From positions 23,684,001-23,748,000 of the forward strand of contig NC_083237.1 of the NCBI RefSeq assembly GCF_032191835.1: DNA of 64,000 nucleotides, in the 5' to 3' direction. Positions 35,601 through 45,314 of the stretch are shown here, in pieces (position 1 is the first letter of the stretch; the number at the start of each line of letters is the position of its first letter). The position numbers and the translations under genes were made by a program. Origin of the DNA: Heteronotia binoei. Taxonomy: Eukaryota. Under the pieces are notes generated by a model that did no database searches, was not told the DNA's origin, and saw nothing but the letters and a program-made list of their open reading frames with translations.

Positions 35601-36953
35601 AGTCTGCCCTAACAAAATCAAATGATATGCAATCCTTCTGGGCATGCAGTTTACTTTTTTTTTGCCTGATTCATAACTGTCTATGAAGGCAGGAAAACCC
35701 ATAAGGCACAAAGGACTGTCTCCTCCCAGATGTTCCTTCCCAGGAAAAGATCACAGGATGAAGCCCTCCTGATTGTCCTATTAAAAAAAATCTCATTTGG
35801 CAGGTACATGAGAGAGGATCTTTTCAGTGGCAGCCTCACAATTATGAAACAAATTCCACAGGGAGGTGTGTCTGGCCTCCTCACTTTCAATCTTTAGGAA
35901 CCAGCTGAAGATAGTTCACATATGATTAATTTACTGGCAGTCCTAAATAATGAACTTAAATTTTGGTTTGTTTTTTTAAATGTCTTTTGTGGATTCTGTG
36001 TAACATTTTATTTATTTTGTAAGCTGCCTTGAGTTCCCTAAGGAAGACAGATTGCTACTAAATGCTTTCAATAAATACACAAATGAAATATGCAGTTTTC
36101 TCCTTGAAAATCAAAGTCTGCTCTCTTTGCCCCCAAAGAAAACCAGCATTTAGAAGTTCCTTACCTGTTGTTCCCATCTCTCAGTCACCTGCTGCTCCTG
36201 CAAAAACTCCTCAGCCAGGGCCACCGCTCGGTCACAAGTCTCCGGCCCACGTTCTCTAATCCAGCTTTGCATTTCTTGTGGCAGAATGACAAGGAACTGC
36301 TCTAAGACCAACAGATCCAAGATCTGCTCCTTGGTCTGACCTTCAGGCCTCAACCAACGATGGCAAAGCTCCTGGAGTTTCTGGCACGTCCCTCGTGGGC
36401 CCTCAGCATCCTGGTAACAGAAATGCCTGAAACCTTGGCGGTGCGTCTCTGTGGCCATGTAGTTGTCCAGCCTCAAAATGGCTACCTTTACCTTCCCATA
36501 GTCACCCTTGTCTTTTGGATCCAGGCTAAAATACGCTTGTTGGGCTTGCCCACTGAGAACAGGCATGAGCCGAGCCACCCACTCTTCCCTAGGCCACTGG
36601 GAAGCATCTGCCACCCGCTCAAAAGTGGTCAGATAGGCCTCAGTGCTGCCTGCTTGAGGGAGAGGGGGCAACTGTAAATTGTCCCATACTGGGGCAATCA
36701 CAGGAGTCTGCACCACCTCCAGCACCCGCTGCCACTGGCAATCCCAGCTGGGAAACAGTCCCTCAGCCTGCTCCTGCTTCACCCTTGGCACAGGTGCCCC
36801 TCTTGATACCCCCTCAGTGCCTGCAGACTGGATCATGCAAGGGGCTTTCCCATCTCCCCTTGCTCTGTTGTCTGCTTGGCACTGGGCCTCCAATTTCACA
36901 CAAATTGGCAATGGCAGTCCTGCTCCTGTCGTTTCTTCTGGAGAAGCAGCCAT
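32146..36953 (-). CDS. SCAN domain + 3 C2H2 zinc finger protein (ZSCAN-like, ZNF-A), about 469 aa
   Basis: complement(join(36165..36953,34016..34148,32146..32633))=1410 nt, phases 0/1 consistent; NAGNAG acceptor could start the last exon at 32630; no KRAB exon found; no ortholog recognised. Confidence 0.85.
32860..33075. mobile_element. Non-autonomous hAT element with TAGGGTTGCCA-type ends (Tip100-like)
   Basis: ggattgccagctcc...gctggcagcccta; related copies at about 24040-24305, 39940-40260, 46620-46830, 50070-50165, 51150-51515, 53670-53770, 62380-62550, 62670-62840. Confidence 0.6.
33341..33859. repeat. Tandem repeat, 3 x 173 bp, each with a 21-bp stem hairpin
   Basis: Units start at 33341, 33514 and 33687; only a few substitutions between them. 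Confidence 0.95.
34016..34148 (-). CDS. ZNF-A linker exon (133 nt)
   Basis: gtttttccccAG|[13 protein letters not shown]...DDGSEST|GTAAGT; bridges phase 0 to phase 1. Confidence 0.75.
36165..36953 (-). CDS. ZNF-A exon with Gag capsid-like region and SCAN domain
   Basis: aaaATGG start; [20 protein letters not shown]...[12 protein letters not shown]...AVALAEEF; donor CAG|GTAAGG; exon acceptor at 37074. Confidence 0.92.
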
Positions 36954-38149
36954 TTTATGTGGTTGTGAGGTGATTTGGTTTCTCAAGAGACTACAGTTGG
37001 GGTTATCTCAGCAAGAGTCTCCTCTTCGTTTCTTCCACTGGAGAGTAAGTGTCAGGCTTTTGACCTTGGTCTACCTTTAGAGAAATCTGTGGCCAGGCAG
37101 GGCAGGCATGATCCTGTCAGGGGAAAAAAGACTTTTAGTTTCATTTGATCAATGTACTTCAAAAGCACAGCTGCTCCTCTTGGGGTTTTCACCGTTATTT
37201 CTGACCCCTTCCTTCAGTGTTCCTCTCTATTCCAACTGTACAAAAGAAAGACAGATCAGCTCCTCCCAGCATGGCAAGAAAAGGAGGCTTCCAACTTCAC
37301 CAACTTAATTTCTACTATTACACAAAACTGTCCATGTATACAGTCTTCAGGCACTAAGGTGATATCAAGAGGGGCACCAGTGCCAAGGGTGAAGCAGAAG
37401 GACATGGAAAAATTATTAAGTCCTTCCTCTTCAAAGAACTTCTAGTCTAACACAGTCAGTGGGCAAAACAATATCAAGATAGGGTGAGGAATGCGAGCAA
37501 ACACAACAGAATGCATTTACTAATCACACATTCCTGTTAGCCCTTCACTGCATTTTGAGCACTTCACCAGGACAATAGGCCATGTCTGTGAGGCAGAATT
37601 TGCCATTTTAGTATCTACTGTTACTTTGTAATTTTAGATTTTATATATTTTAAATTGGTTTTTTACTGTTGATTGTTTTATGATGTAACCCGCCCTGAGC
37701 CTGTTCTACGGGAAGGGTGGGCTAAAAATAGAATAAAATAAAAAATAAAATAAAATATTACTTTAATTTCTAGATTGAGTCTGTAAGGTACAACAGTATT
37801 ATTACCACATGCAAATATATTTACATATTTATATTCTGCTTTTCTCTCCAGTTGAGACCAAATAAGGCTTAGAACACAGTTCTCCCCTCCTTCCATCCCC
37901 CCACAACATTTGTCTATGAGGCAGGCAAAGCCCAAGGTCACCCTTGCAAACTTCCATGACAAAATTGAGGATTCAAATCAGGGTCTCCCAGGATCCAAGT
38001 CCTACACCCTGCATCTACTACACCACACAGGCTCTCACCCCATATTGTGATGGGGCAACTGAGAATCAGCAGCCTGCTTAACGAAGTGAGTTTGTTCTGA
38101 GGCCAGATCTGAACGGCTGCAAAGCTCTTAGCCAATACACTATGCTAGA

Positions 38150-39000
38150 GCAGACGTTTCTGTCCGTCTGAACGTCGCTAAGGACGCAAAAGCCTTGCGT
38201 GTGAAAAGCCGCAGGTACTGTCACCTCTGATGGTTACAGCTTCACACACACGGACCAGGACGCACCAGGAGGGCGTGGTTTTCAGAAGACCCGCGGCTCT
38301 GCTAAGGTGTTCTGCTTTTGACCCCAGGGCTGTTAGGAGCTGCCAACCCGTGTGCGGCCGTCTTGAGAACGCCGCGCCAAAGCGAGAAAGGCGTCGCTCA
38401 CGTGTTTTAGTGCAAGCAGCCCCAAGACCGATTTCGAATTGGCTCCCCAGCCCCCCCCCCCCCAATGAACTCCCAGCTAAGGAGACCAAGCGAGAACCCC
38501 TTGGCTAAAACTTCCAAGGGTCCCACGGCTCTGGAAGGAAGGGAAGCAGAAACCTCGAGGTCCCCCAGCTTTCAGCCCTAAGAATCTTTGCAGTTTTTGT
38601 CCATTCCTCTTTAAACTCCCCCACCCCCCGCCATTGCATCGAACTCACCCCCCTTCTACAGCGCAGCCTCTTTCCCCCTTTGCAGCTGCTATCAAAAATT
38701 TTTTTTCAAAAAGCCCAATACACTTCCTTTCACAGTTTGGGCGGAAAGGGAAAGCGAGGCGACATTTGCACCCCTCCCCGGGAATAGCTCCGAGCCTCTC
38801 TAGGAGCCCGGCTGCGGTTTGGATTTTGTTAACCCTTTCGGGGTTGCAAGGCGTTGGAAACCGCAACCCCTATGCACGTGTATTCTAGAGGAAAGGCCCA
38901 TCGGAAGACAAGCTCAGAGGCTCAAGCAGCCGCTTGCTGATTGGGAAAGGAGTGGTGATTTCCTCGCTGTAGAATTGCCACTTATCGCAGAAATAGCTAG
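38150..39000 (-). promoter_or_regulatory. CpG island / first exon region of ZNF-A
   Basis: CpG-rich; minus-strand donor AGAG|GTGACA at 38225; CCAAT-type sites at about 38439 and 38940. Confidence 0.6.
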
Positions 39001-39457
39001 CAGGGCTCGTATATGAAGCAGCTGCAAAGCAAACAGGATTCCCAGGTGGGCGCAGCCTCAGTGTCTGCAGGAGACTACAAAAAAAGGGTCACTCACCGGT
39101 TGTTGGCATGCAAATACGGAGGGCACATAGTTGTACCCCGCTTTTTCCTCAGAGCGGGCCATTCTCCCCTCATTCGTTTTTGTAGTATGTTTATTGTGTA
39201 TGTGTATATATGTAATGGAACAGTCTGCTTCCTCCCCCCTAGGATTTAGTTTGGTCCTACTGAGTGGAGCTGTTGATTCAGTTTCCAGTTTTGTATGTTA
39301 GCTGAAGATGGTGGTTGGAGTTATGTCCTTGCAAATTAATGGCTGATATTTTGAGCCACCTTCTCTCCAGCACCCTTCAGCATCCGACCTTCGATTCTCT
39401 GGTATATAAAAAGGCAGAGAATATAGGCTGATTTCACAGCCGGAATATAATCATTCC

Positions 39458-39580
39458 CAGGGCTATTTTTGTAGAAAAAGCCCAGCAGGAATTCATTAGC
39501 ATATTAGACCACACACCCTGACACCAAGCCAACCGGAACTGCGTTCCTGTGCATTTCTGCTCAAACCCCCCCCCCCCCCC
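39458..39580 (+). mobile_element. hAT MITE family B (CAGGGCTTTTT ends)
   Basis: cagggctatttttgtagaaaaagcccagcaggaattcattagcatattagaccacac; related copies at 41072-41158, about 42397-42674, about 53475-53653, 54060-54187, about 63717-63830. Confidence 0.7.
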
Positions 39581-41071
39581 CCCCGGATCATTCCACATGG
39601 GAAACTGTGTTAGTCTAAATAAAACAGGCATTCAGTTGTGGTGCCACTGGATTCTTGTTTTATTTAGCTCAAATTGAGCAAGAAGGACCCACAAATTTAT
39701 CACAAGGAAAACATTAAAAGGGCATATGTTAGGACTGCCTTGAATCCTGTGTCCATACAGGATTGACTGGAGCAGTAGTTTTCAAATTGTGATCTGCAGA
39801 TGTTTATCAGTGGTTTCGCAATCCACATGTCAGTAATTACAGAGAAACTAATAGGGAAAACTATTCTCCCAACAGTACTTACCCAACTTCCTGTGGAGTG
39901 TTTGGGGCCCAAGAGTGCTGGATGTGGTGTGCCTGCTGCTAAGGTTGCCTGATCCCCCCCTCCCCCCCCCCAGGCCACCAGCATGGGTAGAGTTGCCAGA
40001 TCCAGGCTGGAAACATCTGAAGATTTGAGGGTTGAGACTGGGGGCCACAGGAACCTCAGTGGGATACAATCTCATACAGTCCACCCTCCGATGTATCTGT
40101 TTTCTGCATGGGAAATGATCTCTGTAGCCTGGGTATGTCCCCAGGTCCCACCTGGAGGCTGGTATCCTTGCAGGATACTCTTGTTAGGGCTGCCAACTCC
40201 AGGCTGAGAAATTCTTGGAGATTTGGGGGTGGAATCTGGGGAGGACAGGGTTGTTTCAGGTTGAGAAAACAGGATGAGGAAGATGGGGAGAAAGCTGTTA
40301 ACTAGCTTCCAAGGATTGCAACCTTTGCCTCTCTGCTCACTAGCAGCATTTAGACTTTAATGCCCTTAGGACAAGTACCAGTCAAATGATTGGGGTTTTT
40401 TTCCTTTTCTTTGAGGATGACAGCTAGGCCAAATGGTACAACTACATGTATTTTAGCCCACTGTACCCTATCCCCTTGTCTGAAGAAGTATGCATGCATA
40501 CAAAAGCTTACATTCTGAATAAAACTTTGTTGGTCTTAAAAGTGCAACTAGAGCCCATTGTAGGTATCAGTGCCTCCTGTCCCTGGCTACGTTCCTCATT
40601 TAAGCCAATTGACATGAAGCAATATTCTATAAGAACAGCGAGAAGGGTTCTCACATAAGTTGGAACCCTGGAAGTGCTGTTAGAACCCTGAAGCTTTCTG
40701 AGAAATTTGGGGAACTTTTCAAACTCTTGATGATGGTTAGTAAACTTTTATGTTAGTACTCTGTACTGGGCCATATCTATTCATGTGTACTATACAGACT
40801 GCCTCACTCCTTCATTCTTGCCCTTTATATCTACTGTGAAACCCGAAAACAGCCATTGTGATGTATTTTATCTCTGTCTCTCTAGTAAGGTATGTTATCT
40901 ATCTCCCTATCTGTTTTGGTTTTATCCTACCTTCTTCCAAGGAAACCAAAGCAGTATACATGTTTCTGTCATCCATTCACATTGTATTATTGTCATATCT
41001 ATGGGCAATATTAATAAGAGATACAATGAAGACAATAACAACAGTCTGTTGGTTTAATATATTGATGCATC

Positions 41072-41158
41072 CAGGGCTTTTTTTTTGTAGAAAAAACCCA
41101 GCAGGAACTCATTAGCATATTAGACCCCTTGATGCCAAGCCAGCCGAAAAAGGCCCTG
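41072..41158 (+). mobile_element. hAT MITE family B, short copy
   Basis: TIRs cagggcttttt / aaaaaggccctg; 8-bp TSD gatgcatc / gatgcatg. Confidence 0.82.
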
Positions 41159-41514
41159 GATGCATGCAACATCTTATTTCCCATTTCCATCTAAGGTCTA
41201 TGGCTTCAAAGCTTATTTCACAGACCCCAGCTCCAATGGCTTGTATTTCAGAATAACAAATGTTGTATTTCTAAATAACAAAAAGTCAGGCAAAATTGCC
41301 AGTGAGAGCGAGTTATGATCCTCCACTCCAATATTATCCTGCCTGCTTCCAGCTAATTCCCCCATTACTATATTTAGCTTCTATTATGTGCCCTGGCTTT
41401 GAAAAAAAAAAGTTTGTTTCTGTTCACTTGGAGGTAATGCTTATTCACTCCTAATAACCATACCCTGACCCAGTAAATCCATTCATTTTAGCTACTGGTC
41501 AATCCCGCCCTGAC

Positions 41515-41680
41515 TCAGATGGACCAGGCTAGCCTGATCTTGTAAGGTTAGCCCTGGCTATTTGGATGGGAGACCACCAAAGAAGTCCAGGGTCATGACG
41601 CAGAGCCAGGCAATGCCAAACCACCGCTGAACATCTCTTGCCTTGAAAACCCGACAGGGTTGCCATAAGTTGACAGCCCC
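41515..41680 (+). mobile_element. 5S-derived SINE
   Basis: ttggatgggagaccaccaaagaag...ggcaatgccaaaccac tail; another copy at about 48175-48360. Confidence 0.65.
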
Positions 41681-41747
41681 TTCCACCAACTCATTAGTTC
41701 ACCCTAATTTTGATTTTGTAGCTTTTAGTCCACCCTAATCTCATTAT

Positions 41748-42045
41748 AAGAGCCCCGTGGCACAGAGTGGTAAAGCTGCAGTACTGCAGTCGGAGCCCTC
41801 TGCTCATGACCTGAGTTTGATCCCAGCAGAAGCTGGTTCAGGTAGCTGGCTCCAGGTTGAATCAGCCTTCCATCCTAACAAGGTCGGTGAAATTGAATAC
41901 CCAGCTTGCTGTGGGGGGCGGGAAGTGTAGATGACTGGGGAAGGCAATGGCAAACCACCCTGTAAAAAGTCTGCCATGAAAACGTTGTGAAAGCAACGTC
42001 ACCCCAGAGTTGAAAATGACTGGTGCTTGCACAGGGTTACCTTTT
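41748..42045 (+). mobile_element. Sauria SINE, full length
   Basis: 12-bp TSD taatctcattat at 41736-41747 and 42046-42057. Confidence 0.88.
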
Positions 42046-42444
42046 TAATCTCATTATCCTTGCAGCACCCCCTTCCCCAAAACTGGCCTCTGTCCCCACC
42101 TGCATAATTCTTTGCAGTTTATTTTAGCAAACATCTCACCTTTTTGTAGAGGCTCTGCACTAAGTTTTTAAAAAATAACAGAAATAGTATATGAAATGAA
42201 AATACTCCCCTCAGTTGGCTTGACCCCAAAGACCAAATCTTTGTGAGAAGACAACTTTCTCTGCTTCTTCTGTGGGCATAGGCTAGAACTGGAGTGAGCC
42301 CCTGTGGTGAGAAAGGGGAGCTCCACACAGAAGCAGCAGCTACTGAACTCTGATGCTCAAATGGCTCATAGATGCTGCCAGCAATCTGGCCAACCTAGGG
42401 CTCTAGCAGGAACGCACAAGAATGCAGTTCCAACTGGCTTGGTG

Positions 42445-42674
42445 TCAGGGGGCATGGCCTAATGTGCAAATGAATTCCTGCTGGGCGTTTTCTATAAAAA
42501 ACGCTCTGTATGAAACAATGGTGACATCAGGGGGTGTGGCTTAACATGCAAATAGGTTCCTGCTGGGCTTTTTCTACAAAAAACGCTCTGTGTGAAACAA
42601 TGGTGACATCAGGGGGTGTGGCTTAATATGCAAATAGGTTCCTGCTGGGCTTTTTCTACAAAAAAAGGCCCTGG
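42445..42674. repeat. 82-bp tandem repeat (about 2.8 copies) inside a MITE
   Basis: Units start at 42445, 42527 and 42609. Confidence 0.85.
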
Positions 42675-44022
42675 GCCAACCCATATTGAAACTGGGATGG
42701 AGGTTAATCAAGCAGATGCTGGTTTGTCTCAGCAGCTCCTTTGTTTCCAACTGCTAAATTCCAGGAGCTTTCCAGAACTCCTCACCCTCTGGAGAGACAC
42801 TGGGAGGACACTAAATTCAGCACGTGCTCTACAAAGCTGCATAGGTTTATACTATAAGCATTTTTGGCAGGCTCACACGGAAGCACACTGGCCCACACTC
42901 ACACACAAACACACATTCATGCAAACTCATTCTATGGTGTGTTCACAAAATCAGATCAGATAAATATGAGGAGGATGAGCTGTTGTACAGTTATTTAATC
43001 AGAAGAGCAAATTCTGGGCACAGAATACCAGTGATGACGGTAGGTGGGAACAGACAAGAATGATGACAACCTTGAAAACTAGCCCATGCAAGTTACTAGT
43101 CCACAAAGGGTTATCTAGCCTGCTGGCCACATCATTTTATAAAAATCAGAATGTACAAAGTGCTGTCCAGGGTCCATCTAGTTCAGTGTTGTCTGTTCTG
43201 ACTGGCAGAACGCCATGTGGAGGAACATCTCGTGCAGTGCCCCATGTCCCTTTTTAATGGAGATGACAAGCAATGGAACCTGACATCTTCTGCATGTGCT
43301 GCCCCACTGCACCAAGTCCCCTCCCCCAGTTTTGCTGTTTGGTCACTTAGAGATGACTCTTTCTTTGACTGGCCATCAACACAGCTGTATATAATTTCTC
43401 AGCACGACCTCACAGACTTCTGGACAAACCATTTCATCTGCATTCATTATGAAAAGCTTAAAGCATCAGCAAGGCATTCTGAGAGTTCTGGGAAGACTTG
43501 CAGCTTTCATTCATCACATAAGCACTCCTGGCAATCAAATGGCTGGGATACAGAGAGATCGAGGAATCTCACTTGGTTTGTGAGTTGCCTTGTGGCTATT
43601 GTCTGAAGAGAGGGTGCTGATGGGAGTGGATCATTTTTTCTGAACCAACATGCATTTCTTCACTTCCTATGTGACAGGGCTGGCCCTGCCTTGAAGCAGT
43701 TTCCTTGGATGCTACCCAAGCAGAGCAAATTGTCCGTTATTTATCCTATCATCTATTATCATTGTTTCTATTGTTATCATCCACTTAATGAAATTGTAAC
43801 ATAACTTGAGTAAAAGAACGCTTCCCAAAGGGAAAAAATAAGAGCATGTTGGGTTTTTAGAGGGTATCTGTGCTGCAGAAGGTCCTGTCTTATTAAAAGA
43901 GGTGTGCCTTCCTTTTTGAAAGAAAAGGGCTGTTTGCAGTTTTTAATCTGCTTATGTTTTGAAAGATGACTTTTCTTTAAAAAACGGGTCTCCTGATTCA
44001 TCAGAAGCTCTTTCTTAGTTGA

Positions 44023-45314
44023 TCAGGCGGCGTTTTTTGATTGATTAATCAGCTGCTTTGTGTAATTTTGCAAGTCTTTGGAATTTGGCTGCATGATCTT
44101 TTGCATGCCAAGAGAGGACTTGGGGGGTGACCCTCTGGCACCTGGGTGGACCCGGGTGTGCTTGACCAGGTGTGAAAGCTGGCTGAACCTCTGCTCGCAG
44201 ACCTGACATGCGTAAGGTCTCTCACCTGTGTGCGTGCGCTCGTGTTGCACCAAGGTAGATCTGTCTCCAAAGCGCTTGGGGCAGACGGAGCAGGTGTAGG
44301 GGCGCTCTCCAGTGTGTACGCGCTGGTGGATGGTGAGGATAGAGCGGTGGCGGAAGGACTTGCCGCAAACACAGCAGCAATACGGCTTGCTCCCGCTGTG
44401 GATCCGGCGGTGTGTCTGAAGGTTGCAGCTCTGGGTGAAGGCCTTCCCACACTCTGGGCACTTGTAAGGCCGCTCGCCGCTGTGCGTCCGAAGGTGAATG
44501 TGTAGGTTGCTTGGGTGGCCAAAACGCTTGTCGCACTGCTTGCAGGCGTATGGCTTCTCCTTGGTGTGGACGTACCGATGGCGGCGCACGTCGGCCCTCT
44601 GCTTGAAGGCCCGCCCGCAATCTGGACACGCGAGGTCTGAAACCACCGAGGCACTGGACGGTGGGTGCCACGTGATGATTGGGATGGTGGTGTCAGGGAA
44701 TTTCACCTCTACAAACGGCAGCCGCTGTTTCTCCTCCTTAGGCTGGCTCTTCTCTTGAGGAGGTGTGTCATCTTGCAACAGGCTTTCCTTCTTCAGCTCA
44801 AGGAGCTGATTGCTTGCCTCAAGGTTATTTTTTAGTTTGGAAGGTTTGCCTAGCAACGATGGCTGCTGCTTCAGCTTTGGGGGTCTGTCCTGTGTCCCTG
44901 GTCTCTTCTTGTGCTTATGGGGTTTGGTGGTTGCAGTCATGGTGTTCTCTTCCTGCTCTCCAGATGTTTCTCCTTGCAGGGGTGACCGAGACATCTGTGG
45001 CCTGGAAGCAAGCTCGCTTATCAGCGGTGTTTCCTGTATTTTTCTTTTGAGATTTTTACCTTTGGGAGCTGGCGCTTGCCTTTTTGTGGGGCGATTTTTG
45101 CTCGGGGACATCCTTTTATGTGCCTGTTTGGGGGCTTTAGAAGACCGCTGCTTCTCAGGAGTGGAAAATTCATTGTTAGCCATACCCACTGGGCCTGAAG
45201 AGTCCTGCCTTGCTTTCTTTGCCATGGACTCTCCCATGCCCACTCTTTGGGCTCTCTTTGCTGCAGTCTTCTTCTCCAGTACCAGTTTCTTAAAGGCTAG
45301 AAGCAGTGCATTTC
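44023..45314 (-). CDS. ZNF-B last exon: basic linker and six C2H2 fingers
   Basis: ttctttctcttgcAG acceptor; six CxxC...HxxxH units with TGE(R/K)PY-type linkers. Confidence 0.93.
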
